Shown: piece after piece, positions 40,023 to 50,304 of the stretch | Layout of the letters: each line of letters opens with the position of its first letter | How positions within the stretch are numbered: position 1 is the stretch's first letter | From: an uncultured Hyphomicrobiales bacterium | GTDB taxonomy: Bacteria; Pseudomonadota; Alphaproteobacteria; Reyranellales; JAQSWP01 | Length of the DNA: 64,000 bases | NCBI GenBank assembly: GCA_964388115.1 | Contig: CAYLYK010000004.1 | Location: 150,975-214,974, forward strand | Direction of reading: 5' to 3' | Made by a program: the position numbers and the translations under genes | Notes under the pieces: model-generated | What the model saw: the letters and a program-made list of their open reading frames with translations, nothing else | Told to the model about the DNA's origin: nothing | The model's database searches: none

Positions 40023-41297
40023 ATGGGTCGTTGGACATTCAGGCTCGCCGCCGTCGTCGCCATGGCGATCGCGGTTCTCGTCGCGCGCCAGGCGGCAGCC
40101 CAGCAGGAGCTGACCAAGATCGCCGCGACGGTCAACGAAGACATAATCTCTGTCTACGACCTCATTTCCCGCACCCGTCTCGCCATGGTCGCTTCGCGCC
40201 TCGAAGACACCAACGAAAACCGCCAGCGCGTGGCGCGCCAGCTGCTGCGCATCATGATCGAGGAGAAGCTGCAGACGCAGGAGGCCAAACGCCTCGGGCT
40301 GCAGGTCACCAACAAGGAACTGGAAGAGGCCGTCCAGCGCATCGAACAGAACAACCGCTGGCCGCCGGGGCAATTCAAGGCGTTCCTGCAAAGCGCCCAG
40401 ATACCGCCGGCTGCCGCGCTCGACCAGATTCGCGCCAACCTGCTGTGGCAGAAAGTCGTGCGCCGGCGCCTGCGCCCGCAGGTCGACGTTTCCGACACTG
40501 AAGTCGACGAGGCGCTGGCCAAGCTGAAGGAGAATATCGGCAAGCCGGAGAACCGCGTCGCCGAAATCTACCTGCCGGTCGAACGGCCGGAACAGGAAGC
40601 CGAAGTGCAGCGCTCCGCCGAAACCATCGTGCAGCGCATCAAGGCCGGCACGCCGTTCCCCGTGCTGGCGCAGCAATTCTCGCAGAGCCCCAGCGCCGCT
40701 CAGGGCGGCGACCTCGGCTGGCTGCAGCCGGGCCAGATGGAGCCGCAGCTCGAGCGCGCGGTGCAGAGTTTGCAGCCGCGCGAAGTCAGCGCACCGATCC
40801 GCACGCTGGCCGGCTTCAGCATTCTCTATCTGATCGAGCGGCGTACGTTCAAGGGCGGCGGCGAAGCCGGCGACGCCACGGTCCAGATCGACCAGCTGGT
40901 GCTGCCGCTGCCGGCCAATGCGCGCGCCCCGGAAGTCGCCAGCCAGATGAACCTGGCGCAGCAACTGGCCGAGAACGCCAATAGCTGCGCCGATCTCGCG
41001 GCTCTGGCGCGCGAGGCGAAAGGCGGTCGCGCTTCGACGCTGGGCAACGGCCCGATCAGCGCCTTGCCGGCCGAAGCCAAGCAGGCAGTCGGCGGCCTGA
41101 AGGTCAACCAGCCCAGCGCGCCGCTGCGCACCGCCGAAGGCGTGAAGATCCTGATGATCTGCAAGCAGGAAGGCGGCGACGGCATGCCCAGCCGCGACAC
41201 GGTGATGAATGGGCTGCTGCAGCAGCGCATGGAAATGCAGGCGCGCCGCCTGATCCGCGAGCTGCGGCAGACGGCAACGGTGGATATCCGGATCTGA
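40023..41297 (+). CDS. surA: Periplasmic chaperone / peptidyl-prolyl isomerase SurA-like
   Basis: Signal peptide. SurA N-terminal-like region. Parvulin region 'GGDLGWLQPGQM'. Confidence 0.82.
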   Translation: MGRWTFRLAAVVAMAIAVLVARQAAAQQELTKIAATVNEDIISVYDLISRTRLAMVASRLEDTNENRQRVARQLLRIMIEEKLQTQEAKRLGLQVTNKELEEAVQRIEQNNRWPPGQFKAFLQSAQIPPAAALDQIRANLLWQKVVRRRLRPQVDVSDTEVDEALAKLKENIGKPENRVAEIYLPVERPEQEAEVQRSAETIVQRIKAGTPFPVLAQQFSQSPSAAQGGDLGWLQPGQMEPQLERAVQSLQPREVSAPIRTLAGFSILYLIERRTFKGGGEAGDATVQIDQLVLPLPANARAPEVASQMNLAQQLAENANSCADLAALAREAKGGRASTLGNGPISALPAEAKQAVGGLKVNQPSAPLRTAEGVKILMICKQEGGDGMPSRDTVMNGLLQQRMEMQARRLIRELRQTATVDIRI

Positions 41298-41298
41298 C

Positions 41299-42336
41299 AT
41301 GGCCGAAGCCGGCCGCCCCGTCGGCATGGCCCCGCCTCTTGCCCTCACCATGGGCGAACCGGCCGGGATCGGTGGCGAACTGACATTGATGGCGTGGCTG
41401 CGGCTGCGCGAGCGCGGTCCGGCTTTCGTGGCCCTGGACGATCCGCAACGTCTGGAGGCGCTCGCGCGCAAGCTTGGCCTGACGGTTCCGATTCGAAAAC
41501 TCGACCACATCGCGCAGGCCTCGGAGATTTTTCCGCAAGCCCTGCCCGTGCTGTCGGTGGCGCTGCCCACGGCCGTCATGCCGGGCAAACCCGACGAACG
41601 CGCCGCGAAAGCGGTGATCGAGAGCATCGAGCGGGCGGTGGCGCTCGCGCGCAGCGGCGAAGCGGCCGCGGTCGTCACCAATCCGATTCACAAGGCCGCG
41701 CTCTATGGAGCCGGCTTCAAGTTCCCCGGTCACACCGAATTTCTGCTCGACCTCGCCGGCGGCGCCGCGTCCGGCCATCGCGCCATCATGATGCTGGCCA
41801 GCGACCAGCTGCGCGTGGTGCCGGTGACGGTTCATCTGTCGCTGCGCCGCGCCATCGACACCCTCAACGCCGACATGATCGTCGAGGCCGGCGTGGTGAC
41901 GGCGAAAGCCCTGCAGCGCGATTTCGGCATCGACAAACCGCGCCTCGCCGTCGCCGGGCTCAACCCTCACGCGGGCGAAGAGGGCGCGCTGGGCGACGAG
42001 GAGCGGACCATCGTGCAGCCGGCCATCGAGCGGCTGCGCCAGCACGGCATCGAGGCCTCCGGCCCCTGGGTGCCCGACACGATGTTCCATGCCGGCGCCC
42101 GCGCCCGCTACGACGCCGCGCTCTGCCTCTATCACGACCAGGCGCTGATCCCGCTCAAGACCCTGGATTTTCATGGCGGGGTGAACGTCACGTTGGGCCT
42201 GCCCTTCGTGCGCACCTCGCCCGATCACGGCACCGCCTTCGACATTGCCGGCACCGGCAAAGCCAATCCCGACAGCCTGCTGGCCGCCTTGCGGCTCGCG
42301 TCACGCATGGCCAAGGCAAGGCGTCTGGCTTCGTGA
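41299..42336 (+). CDS. pdxA: 4-hydroxythreonine-4-phosphate dehydrogenase
   Basis: 'GEPAGIG', 'PGHTEFL', 'NPHAGE', 'SPDHGTAFDIAG'. Confidence 0.93.
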   Translation: MAEAGRPVGMAPPLALTMGEPAGIGGELTLMAWLRLRERGPAFVALDDPQRLEALARKLGLTVPIRKLDHIAQASEIFPQALPVLSVALPTAVMPGKPDERAAKAVIESIERAVALARSGEAAAVVTNPIHKAALYGAGFKFPGHTEFLLDLAGGAASGHRAIMMLASDQLRVVPVTVHLSLRRAIDTLNADMIVEAGVVTAKALQRDFGIDKPRLAVAGLNPHAGEEGALGDEERTIVQPAIERLRQHGIEASGPWVPDTMFHAGARARYDAALCLYHDQALIPLKTLDFHGGVNVTLGLPFVRTSPDHGTAFDIAGTGKANPDSLLAALRLASRMAKARRLAS

Positions 42337-43172
42337 CCGACGCGCCCGTCCTGCCGCCGCTGCGCGAGGTGATCGCCAAATACGGTCTGGGCGCGCGCAA
42401 GGCGCTGGGCCAGCATTTCCTGCTCGACCAGAACCTCACCGGCCGCATCGCCCGCGCAGCCGATCCGCTCGACGCGGGCACGGTGTTCGAGATCGGCCCC
42501 GGCCCGGGCGGGCTGACGCGCTCGCTGCTGGCGGCGGGCGCACGCCAGGTCATCGCCATCGAGCGCGACCAGCGCTTCCTGCCGGCATTGCACGATCTGC
42601 AAGCGGCCTATCCCGGCCGGCTCGAAATCGTCGAGGCCGATGCGCTCGAGATCGACCTGACGATCTTGGACGCCGCGCCGCGTCAGATCGTCGCCAACCT
42701 GCCCTACAACGTCTCGACGCCCCTGCTGCTGGGCTGGCTGAAACAGGTCGATGCCTTCTCCGCCATGACGCTGATGTTCCAGAAGGAAGTCGCCGACCGG
42801 CTGCTGGCCAAACCGCGCACCAAGGATTACGGGCGGCTGTCGGTCGCGGTGCAGTTCCACTGCGCGATCAAACCGCTGTTCCAGGTTCCGCCCAGCGCGT
42901 TCACCCCGCCGCCGCAAGTGATGTCGACCGTGGTGCAGTTGCGGCCGCGGCCCGATCGTCCGGCCGATGTCGATGCACGTTTGCTGGAGAAGATCGCCGC
43001 CGCCGCATTCGGCCAGCGGCGCAAGATGCTGCGCGCATCGCTGAAGACCCTGCTGCCCGATCCCGAACCGGTCTTGCTGGACGCCGGCATCGCACCGACG
43101 GCTCGCGCCGAGGAACTCGATATCGATGCCTTTTGTCGGCTGACGCGCGCCGTGGCGAAAAATCCGCGCTGA
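42333..43172 (+). CDS. rsmA: 16S rRNA (adenine1518/1519-N6)-dimethyltransferase
   Basis: 'LGQHFL', 'EIGPGPGGLT', 'NLPYNVSTPLL'. GTGA overlap with the pdxA stop. The track ORF from 41394 is a spurious extension. Confidence 0.93.
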   Translation: MTDAPVLPPLREVIAKYGLGARKALGQHFLLDQNLTGRIARAADPLDAGTVFEIGPGPGGLTRSLLAAGARQVIAIERDQRFLPALHDLQAAYPGRLEIVEADALEIDLTILDAAPRQIVANLPYNVSTPLLLGWLKQVDAFSAMTLMFQKEVADRLLAKPRTKDYGRLSVAVQFHCAIKPLFQVPPSAFTPPPQVMSTVVQLRPRPDRPADVDARLLEKIAAAAFGQRRKMLRASLKTLLPDPEPVLLDAGIAPTARAEELDIDAFCRLTRAVAKNPR

Positions 43173-43286
43173 TTTTTCGGCTCGACGCGAAAACCTCTGC
43201 GATTCTTTTGCCGCCCGCCCTAATAATGCCGAATGGCGATGCGCATTGTCGCCATCAACTGCCGCGCGAAAGACCCGTAAAGCCGC

Positions 43287-45074
43287 ATGGATTTTGCCTT
43301 TTCTCTCATTCTGATCGGCGCGACGCTGGTGCTGGTCAGCATCTTCGCCAGCCTCGTCTTCGCACGGATCGGGGCGCCGTTGCTGTTGCTGTTCCTGGGC
43401 ATCGGCATGCTGGTCGGCGAGGACGGGCCGCTGGGGGTGAAGTTCGACGATTTCCAGCTCGTCTATGTGGTCGGCTCGGTGGCGCTGGCGGTGATCCTGT
43501 TCGACGGCGGCCTGCGGACCTCGCGCCAGTCGCTGCGCCTGGCCGCGGCCCCGGCCCTGACCCTGGCGACGGTGGGCGTCATCCTGACGGCCGGATTTGC
43601 CGGCGTGGTGGCCGCGCCGCTGCTCGGCCTGACCCTGGTCGAAGGGTTCCTGCTTGGCGCCATCGTCGGCTCGACCGATGCCGCCGCGGTGTTCCCGCTG
43701 CTCAACCGGCGCGGCAACGCCATCGAGCGGCGCGTCGGGGCTACGCTGGAAGTCGAATCCGGTTTCAACGATCCGATGGCGGTGTTCCTCACCGTCATGC
43801 TGGTGCAGATCCTGTCGTCGAAGGAATCGTTTTCGACGCTCGAGGCGCTGGGGCTGTTCCTGACCCAGATGGCGGGAGGCGCGGCCATCGGCGTGGTTGG
43901 CGGCGCAGCGTTGCTATGGGCGGTCAATCGCGTGTCGATCGCCACCGGCCTCTATCCCATTCTGGTGGCGACGGGCGCGATTTTCGTCTTCGCCCTGGCC
44001 CATACCCTGCATGCCAGCGGCTTTCTGGCCGTCTATCTCGCCGGCATGGTGTTCGGCCTCGGCCGCCATCGCGCGCGCCAGCACATCGCGCGCTTCCACG
44101 ACGGGCTGGCCTGGCTGAGCCAGATCGTGATGTTCCTGCTGCTGGGCCTGCTGGTGACGCCGTCCAACCTGCTGCCCGATCTGGCGCCCACACTTCTGGT
44201 GGCGCTGGCCCTGATGCTGATAGCCCGGCCTCTGGCGGTGCTGATCTGTCTGCTGCCGTTTCGCTTCACCTGGAGCGAGATAACCTTCATCGCCTGGGTG
44301 GGCCTGCGTGGGGCGGTGCCGATCTTTCTCGCCACCATTCCCGTGGTCGCGGGCTTGCCCAATGCGGCGGTGTACTTCAACGCCGCCTTCGTCGTCGTCA
44401 TCGCCTCGCTGATCGTGCAGGGCTGGACCATCCTGCCGGCGGCGCGCTGGCTGGGCCTGATGGTGCCGCCCAGCCCGCAAACCGGCGACCAGGTCGATCT
44501 TGGCGCGCCGATGACGGGCGATCGAGACATGCTGTCCTATCACGCGGGCATCAACAGCATCGCTGTCCAGCGCGAATTCGCCCGTCTCGGCCTGCCCGAA
44601 CGAACCCGCGTGCTGGCGATCCTGCGCAACAACGTGGTGCTGGCGCGCAATTCCATCGAACGGCTGCAGGCTGGCGACACGCTGCTGATCCTCGCTCCGC
44701 CGGAAGCCACCCTGGCGCTGGACCGCCTCTTCGCCCCGCGCGCGGCGCGCGCCGAGGACGAGGTGATCGGCGATTTCGTCTTCGATGCCGGTGCGGCCGC
44801 GGGCTCGCTTGCCACCTTGTACGGCCTGCCCGTTCCCGATGCCGATATGGGGCTGAGCCTGGGCGAGCTGCTGCGCAAGCGCCTGGGCCGCCGGCCCGTC
44901 GTCGGCGACCGCGTCGATCTCGGCCAGGCGCAGCTGGTCGTGGCCGACATGGAGGGCGACCGGCTTGTAAAGATTGGGCTTTTGCTGCATCGCCGCCGTG
45001 CGCCGGCCCGCGGCACCGTGGTCGCCCTGCGCCGGCGCTGGCGGCAACTGAAGCGGCGGCTGCGCAAGGCTTGA
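43287..45074 (+). CDS. K+/H+ (CPA1, NhaP2/CvrA-like) antiporter with C-terminal TrkA-C-like domain
   Basis: ~12 TM N-terminal domain 'GIGMLVGEDGPLG...LFDGGLRT'. Soluble C-terminal regulatory region. Confidence 0.82.
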   Translation: MDFAFSLILIGATLVLVSIFASLVFARIGAPLLLLFLGIGMLVGEDGPLGVKFDDFQLVYVVGSVALAVILFDGGLRTSRQSLRLAAAPALTLATVGVILTAGFAGVVAAPLLGLTLVEGFLLGAIVGSTDAAAVFPLLNRRGNAIERRVGATLEVESGFNDPMAVFLTVMLVQILSSKESFSTLEALGLFLTQMAGGAAIGVVGGAALLWAVNRVSIATGLYPILVATGAIFVFALAHTLHASGFLAVYLAGMVFGLGRHRARQHIARFHDGLAWLSQIVMFLLLGLLVTPSNLLPDLAPTLLVALALMLIARPLAVLICLLPFRFTWSEITFIAWVGLRGAVPIFLATIPVVAGLPNAAVYFNAAFVVVIASLIVQGWTILPAARWLGLMVPPSPQTGDQVDLGAPMTGDRDMLSYHAGINSIAVQREFARLGLPERTRVLAILRNNVVLARNSIERLQAGDTLLILAPPEATLALDRLFAPRAARAEDEVIGDFVFDAGAAAGSLATLYGLPVPDADMGLSLGELLRKRLGRRPVVGDRVDLGQAQLVVADMEGDRLVKIGLLLHRRRAPARGTVVALRRRWRQLKRRLRKA

Positions 45075-45127
45075 AAAGTGAGCGTACACTCACTATTGTA
45101 GTTTGAACGCTTAAGGAGAAGCTTCAC

Positions 45128-45937
45128 GTGCGCTCAACCGCGTTCAACCTGGTCTTCTACGGCTTCACCGTCGTCTTCGCGCTGTTCCTCATCCCGCTGA
45201 CCGCCATACCGGGCCGCAAGGTCATGGGCTGGGGACTGCGGACATGGGGCCGCGCGGTGATGTGGATGATGCGGGTCATCGGCGGCATGGAGGTCGAGGT
45301 GCGCGGCCGCGAACATATCCCCGAGCGCGGGCCGAGCCTGATCGCCAGCAAGCATCAGAGCGAATCGGACGGCATGGTGATGGCGGCGGTTGTGCCCGAT
45401 ATCGCCTTCGTCGCCATGCGCGAGCTGTGGGCCTATCCGCTGGTCGGCACCATCCTGCGCAAGCTGGAGATGATCAAGGTCGATACCTGCGGCGGCGGCA
45501 AGGAGCGGCAGAACCTGTCGACCTTCGCCCGTCGCGCCTACGACGCGGGCCGCAACATCGCCATCTACCCCGAAGGCCATCTGATGCCGGTGGGCGAGAA
45601 GGAGCGCTATCGCTCGGGCATTTACTATCTCTACCGCGACCTGAACCTGCCGGTGGTGCCGGTGGCGCATTGCCTGGGGCTGGTGTGGCCCGAGCGCGCC
45701 TGGAACAAGAAGCCGGGCCGCGCGATCCTCGAATTCCTGCCGCCGATCGAGACCGGGCTGGAGCGCGAGGCTTTCATGCAGCGCCTGGAAGACACGATCG
45801 AGGATCGCACCGCGCTGCTGGTGTCGGAACTGACCGGCCAGCCGCCCGCGAAGGCGCGCTTCCGCATCAAGTTCCCCGAGCTCTATCCCAATGGCGGCAA
45901 GGCGGAAGAGGCTACTGCCCCTCGCGCAGCGCCTTGA
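45128..45937 (+). CDS. Lysophospholipid (1-acyl-sn-glycerol-3-phosphate) acyltransferase
   Basis: 'KHQSESD' HX4D motif and 'IYPEG' block III. GTG start. Confidence 0.8.
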   Translation: MRSTAFNLVFYGFTVVFALFLIPLTAIPGRKVMGWGLRTWGRAVMWMMRVIGGMEVEVRGREHIPERGPSLIASKHQSESDGMVMAAVVPDIAFVAMRELWAYPLVGTILRKLEMIKVDTCGGGKERQNLSTFARRAYDAGRNIAIYPEGHLMPVGEKERYRSGIYYLYRDLNLPVVPVAHCLGLVWPERAWNKKPGRAILEFLPPIETGLEREAFMQRLEDTIEDRTALLVSELTGQPPAKARFRIKFPELYPNGGKAEEATAPRAAP

Positions 45938-46550
45938 CGAAATCGCCCAGGCCGAGCTGGCGCTCGCGCTTCAGCCGCTCGGCGGCGAGAATCGCCTGCA
46001 GCTGGGCCATGCTGTCCTCGACGTCGTAGTTGATGACGACGTAATCGTATTCGATGTAATGCGTCATCTCGTCGGCGGCCTTGGCCATGCGCTTGGCCAC
46101 CACCTGCGGCGCGTCCTGCGCCCGCTGCGTCAGGCGCCGCTCCAGCTCGCGCGTGGTCGGCGGCAGGATGAAGACCGACACCATGTCCTCGCGCGCCTGC
46201 TCGGCCAGCTGCTGGCGGCCCTGCCAGTCGATGTCGAACATCACGTCGCGGCCCGAGGCCAGCGCCACTTCGACGGCGGCGCGCGGCGTGCCGTAGTAGT
46301 AATCGAACACCTTGGCATGCTCGAGCAGCTCGCCCCGCTGCACCATGCGGTCGAAGATCGCCGGGGTGATGAAATGGTAATCCACGCCATCGCGTTCGGC
46401 CGAGCGCGGCGGACGGGTGGTGACGGAAATCGACAGGGTGATTTCCGAATCGCGCTCCAGCAGCAGGCGCGACAGCGTCGTCTTGCCCGCGCCCGAGGGC
46501 GAGGACAGCACCAGCATGACGCCGCGGCGACCGATTTTAGCTATGGCCAT
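45912..46550 (-). CDS. gmk: Guanylate kinase
   Basis: 'LSSPSGAGKTTL' P-loop and 'SVTTRPPR'. Confidence 0.93.
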   Translation of the reverse strand: MAIAKIGRRGVMLVLSSPSGAGKTTLSRLLLERDSEITLSISVTTRPPRSAERDGVDYHFITPAIFDRMVQRGELLEHAKVFDYYYGTPRAAVEVALASGRDVMFDIDWQGRQQLAEQAREDMVSVFILPPTTRELERRLTQRAQDAPQVVAKRMAKAADEMTHYIEYDYVVINYDVEDSMAQLQAILAAERLKRERQLGLGDFVKALREGQ

Positions 46551-46558
46551 GGGTCACC

Positions 46559-47458
46559 CTACTCGACGTTCTGGACCTGCTCGCGCATCTGCTCGATGGC
46601 GCTTTTCAGATCGATGCCGATGCGCGTCAGGTCGATCTCGGCCGCCTTGGAGCACAGCGTGTTGGCCTCGCGATTGAATTCCTGGCACAGGAAATCGAAC
46701 TTGCGCCCGATCGGCTCGCCGCGCTCGGCCGCTTTCAGCAGACTGCCCGCCTGATCGATATGCGCCCGCAGCCGGTCGATCTCCTCGCGCACATCAGCCT
46801 TCTGCACCAGCATCGCCACTTCCTGCGCGAAACGCTCCTCGTTCAGGCCCGGCACCGCGCCCAAGAGATCGGCAAGCTGGCGCTGCAATTTCTCGCGGAT
46901 GGCCGCCGGCTGCAGCCCGGCCGATGCGGCTGCCGCCTGGCACAGCTCGGCGATGCGGGCCAGATGCTGCTCCAGCACGGAGCGCAGATGCGCGCCCTCG
47001 GCCAGCCGCGCCTCGGAGAGCCGCTTCAGCGCCGCTTCCAGCGTCTTGAGCATGGAAGCCTCGCGCGCCTGTTCGACCTCGGGATCGGGCGACACCTGTT
47101 CCTCGGTTTCCACCACGCCCTTGATGCGCAGCAGCCCGTCCGCCGTCGGCGGCGCAACGCCCCCGTCGCGCTGCAGCTCGGCCATGGATTGCATCAGCAT
47201 CTTCAGCAGGTCCTGGTTGATGCGGAACGGCAGCGCGTTGGTCCCGCGCGCCACAGTCAGGTTGAGGTTGATGTTGCCGCGTTTGAACAGCTTGCCGACC
47301 AGCACGCGCGCCTGGCTCTCGACGCGATCGAGGCCGGCGGGCACGCGGCAGCGGATCTCCAGCGACTTGCCGTTGACCGAGCGCGCTTCCCACGCCCAGC
47401 CGACCTGCGCATCGGCGCCTTCGGCGCGGCCGTATCCGGTCATGCTGGCCAGTGCCAC
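46559..47458 (-). CDS. YicC family stress-induced protein
   Basis: 'MTGYGRA' N-terminus and C-terminal 'EFNREANTLCSKA' (DUF1732-like). Confidence 0.85.
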   Translation of the reverse strand: MALASMTGYGRAEGADAQVGWAWEARSVNGKSLEIRCRVPAGLDRVESQARVLVGKLFKRGNINLNLTVARGTNALPFRINQDLLKMLMQSMAELQRDGGVAPPTADGLLRIKGVVETEEQVSPDPEVEQAREASMLKTLEAALKRLSEARLAEGAHLRSVLEQHLARIAELCQAAAASAGLQPAAIREKLQRQLADLLGAVPGLNEERFAQEVAMLVQKADVREEIDRLRAHIDQAGSLLKAAERGEPIGRKFDFLCQEFNREANTLCSKAAEIDLTRIGIDLKSAIEQMREQVQNVE

Positions 47459-47549
47459 TCGATCGTCTCCGCAAACAGTTCAGTTCCCTTGCCTCAGTCT
47501 ATAGGATAGGAATCCGCCGCTCACAACGCCGCCTTTTCCCACAGACCCC

Positions 47550-48314
47550 ATGCTTGCCCCCAAAAACATTCTCATCACCGGCGCCTCAAGCGGCATCGGC
47601 GAAGCGCTGGCGCTGGAATATGCCGCGCCCGGCATCTTCCTCGCGCTTACCGGCCGCGATGCCGCGCGTCTGGAAAGCGTCGCCGCCGCCGCCCGCGCCA
47701 AGGGCGCCAGCGTCGAAGCCAGGACCATCGACGTCGTCGATCGCGCCGGCATGACAAGCTGGCTGCAGCAACTTGACACGGGCCATCCCCTGGAACTCGT
47801 CATCGCCAATGCCGGCGTCGGGCTGGAAGGCGATCGCAAGCTGCCCGAGGAAGAAGCCATGCGCGGCACTTTCGCCATCAACATCGATGGCGTGCTGAAC
47901 ACGGTGCTGCCGCTGCTGCCGGCCTTCCGCGCCCGCAAGTGCGGCCAGTTCGCCATCGTGGCGTCGCTGGCAAGCTTCATCGGCCTGCCGCAATCGGCCG
48001 CCTATAACGGCAGCAAGGCCGCCGTGCGGGTGTGGGGCGAGAGCCTGCGCCTGATCGAGCGCCGCAACGGCGTGGAAGTGAACGTGATCTGCCCGGGCTT
48101 CGTGGTCAGCCGCATGACCGCGCGCAACAAATTCCCCATGCCGTTCCTGATGTCGGCGGAGAAAGCCGCGCGCATCATCAGGAGCGGGCTCGCGCGCAAC
48201 AAGGCGCGCATCGCCTTCCCGTTCGGCACCAAGGCCGCGGTGTGGCTGGGCATCACCCTGCCCGGCTCGTGGACCGACCGGCTGATGCAAGGCGGCGGAT
48301 CGCGCATCAAGTGA
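47550..48314 (+). CDS. SDR family NAD(P)-dependent oxidoreductase
   Basis: 'ITGASSGIGEAL' (TGxxxGxG) and 'YNGSKAA' (YxxxK). Confidence 0.82.
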   Translation: MLAPKNILITGASSGIGEALALEYAAPGIFLALTGRDAARLESVAAAARAKGASVEARTIDVVDRAGMTSWLQQLDTGHPLELVIANAGVGLEGDRKLPEEEAMRGTFAINIDGVLNTVLPLLPAFRARKCGQFAIVASLASFIGLPQSAAYNGSKAAVRVWGESLRLIERRNGVEVNVICPGFVVSRMTARNKFPMPFLMSAEKAARIIRSGLARNKARIAFPFGTKAAVWLGITLPGSWTDRLMQGGGSRIK

Positions 48315-49489
48315 GCACGCTGTCGCCACGCCAGCAGAGTCTGGCGGTATGGCTGTCTTCCGGCGCGCTGGCGATGGCGCTGACCGGCGACCAGCTGCTT
48401 TACATTGTGCTGCCGCTGTCGACCGACGCATTCGGCGTCTCCATCGTCTGGGTCGGCATCCTGCTGTCGGCCAATCGCTGGATCAGAGTGGCGCTTTACA
48501 GCGAAGTGGCCCGCTTCGGCAATCGCGTCGGCCCGCGCACGCTCACCATGATCGCCGCGCTGGGCGCGGTCGCTTCTACTGCCGCCTACGGCTTCCTCGA
48601 GGGCGGGCCGCTGCTGCTGGTGGCGCGCATCGTCTGGGGCCTGTCCTTTGCCGCGCTCAATCTCACGACGCTGGTCTATGCGCTGGGCGGCGGCGAAGCG
48701 TCCGGCCGCAGGGTCGGCACCAGCCGCGCCATTCGCGAGATCGGTCCTATCGTCGCTGCCGCCAGTGGCGCCTGGCTCGCGACGACATTGGGACCGCGCG
48801 AAGCCTTCTGGGCCATGACGGTCCTGACCTTGTTGGCCGTGCCGATGGCGTTTGCTTTGCCGAAGGCCGCACCCGGCGACGTGTCGCCCGCAACGCCCCG
48901 CCGCTTCCGCCTCACCCGGCCGTCGACCTTCAATCTCTTCTCCTTCGCCGTCGGGCTGGCGGGCGATGGCATCTTCATGGTCACGATCGGCCTGCTGTTC
49001 CTGCAGGAAGTGTCGGCGCAGATGGCGATGCTGTCGGCCGGCGGCGTGATGGCGCTGCGCCATCTGGTGGTGCTGCTCGTCAGCCCCGTCGGCGGTCTGC
49101 TCGCCGACCGCTTCGGCGCGCCGCGCACCCTGCTGGGCTCGGCGCTGGCGATGACGGCGGGCTTCGCGCTGGTGCCGTTCGACCTGGTCTATGTCGCCGC
49201 CGTGTTCATGCTGGTCGGCCGCGGCATCCTGGCCGTGGTCTCGCCGTTGATCGTGGCACGCACCATCAAAGGCGACGTCATGACGGCAGTTTCCGCCAAT
49301 GCCAGCTGGGCCGATCTCGGCGCGGCGACGGGGCCGCTGCTGGCCGGCTTCAGCGTCGGCCTGGTGTCGCTCGACGCGCTCTATGGCGGCGCGGCGGTAT
49401 TGCTATTCGTGCTGCTGATGGGCTGGGCGGCGTTGGAATGGAAGCCCGCTCCGGGCAGGGAAATCGACGAGCGGCGCCAACGTCGATGA
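48311..49489 (+). CDS. MFS transporter
   Basis: ~12 predicted TM segments. GTGA overlap with the SDR stop. The track ORF from 48032 is a spurious extension. Confidence 0.72.
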   Translation: MSTLSPRQQSLAVWLSSGALAMALTGDQLLYIVLPLSTDAFGVSIVWVGILLSANRWIRVALYSEVARFGNRVGPRTLTMIAALGAVASTAAYGFLEGGPLLLVARIVWGLSFAALNLTTLVYALGGGEASGRRVGTSRAIREIGPIVAAASGAWLATTLGPREAFWAMTVLTLLAVPMAFALPKAAPGDVSPATPRRFRLTRPSTFNLFSFAVGLAGDGIFMVTIGLLFLQEVSAQMAMLSAGGVMALRHLVVLLVSPVGGLLADRFGAPRTLLGSALAMTAGFALVPFDLVYVAAVFMLVGRGILAVVSPLIVARTIKGDVMTAVSANASWADLGAATGPLLAGFSVGLVSLDALYGGAAVLLFVLLMGWAALEWKPAPGREIDERRQRR

Positions 49490-49604
49490 CGTCGGCGCCG
49501 GTCTCTTGCGGCAGCATCTTCTTTTCAGTCAGCCGCTACCGTGACATCGCATGCCTCTCGAATGCGAAACCCGATGTCCATCGCCGATGGACGCCAGCTC
49601 CCGA

Positions 49605-49844
49605 CTAATTCGCCGACAGCCTCGCGCTGCCTGCGCAGTAGTTCGCCGCACGAGCAATTGAAGTTTGAATCCACAAACCGGCGCCCAACATGTTGTCGCC
49701 CAAAACATACAGCTCTGCATATTCCTGCACGCAGGCCCGGTATGCGGGAGTGCCGGGTTTCAGCTGCGCGTGGGCCGTGCCGGCCGTTACGGCCATCGCC
49801 ACCACCGGCGCGAAAACGATCGTCAAAAAGCTGCGGATCATCAT
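49605..49844 (-). CDS. Small Sec-secreted two-cysteine protein, paralogue A
   Basis: AGGAGG RBS. Signal peptide ending 'AHA'. Mature part shares 'PAYRAC..EYAE.Y' and 'A.YC.G' with paralogues B and C. Confidence 0.6.
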   Translation of the reverse strand: MMIRSFLTIVFAPVVAMAVTAGTAHAQLKPGTPAYRACVQEYAELYVLGDNMLGAGLWIQTSIARAANYCAGSARLSAN

Positions 49845-50150
49845 TTCCTCCTAATACCGAGAAGTATTACGCCAAAGTATTAGACGGAGTGCGGACTCAG
49901 AACACAACATGGACCGCGGCGACAACGGTGCTATTCCAGCGCCAGTTGCTATCTCGCAACGTCATGAATTCAGAAAGATGTTGGATAAGTCGTCCGCTAT
50001 TCAAATGCCAGATAGCGGTATCGGCGGTACTTGGGATTGGACATCGATCGAACACGGCGGAAGCGGGGCAAAGCATAGCGCCATGGCGATTTCAGATGAC
50101 TGCCTGCCTGTCCATTCACTTTCGACAGAAACGACTATCGCCGCTGCTCG

Positions 50151-50188
50151 CGCTGAATCCGCCGCCAGTTGGCGACGTTGCGGTTGTG
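50151..50188. repeat. 38-bp direct-repeat copy of the mltG 3-prime end (gene-end remnant)
   Basis: CGCTGAATCCGCCGCCAGTTGGCGACGTTGCGGTTGTG matches 51010-51047 at 37 of 38 positions. The minus strand reads '..HNRNVANWRRIQREQRR*' versus the mltG C-terminus 'HNRNVANWRRIQREQKK*'. Confidence 0.75.
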
Positions 50189-50240
50189 CTGCTGATGGCG
50201 TGGTTCGCGTTCGAGCGACGGTAAAGACACGCCTGTCCGC

Positions 50241-50279
50241 AAACGAAATCGGCGCAGACTTGGCGAAGTCTGCGCCGAT
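50241..50279 (-). terminator. Rho-independent terminator after small-protein gene B
   Basis: 14-bp perfect stem ATCGGCGCAGACTT / AAGTCTGCGCCGAT with a 4-nt loop, followed on the minus strand by TTCGTTT. Confidence 0.6.
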
Positions 50280-50304
50280 GATGGAATCGATCGTCAAGCT
50301 CCTT

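Noticed and set aside
42245-45106. 953-aa plus-strand ORF spanning rsmA and the antiporter gene
   Set aside because: It is out of frame with rsmA and the CPA1 antiporter, both of which have clear family motifs. The translation is Arg/Pro/Gly/Ala low-complexity.
49936-49965. Possible third, degenerate copy of the mltG 3-prime-end repeat (ATTCCAGCGCCAGTTGCTATCTCGCAACGT)
   Set aside because: It shares only a ~9-nt core (CGCCAGTTG) plus scattered matches with the 38-mer. That is too weak to call without a statistical alignment. It is worth re-checking computationally.
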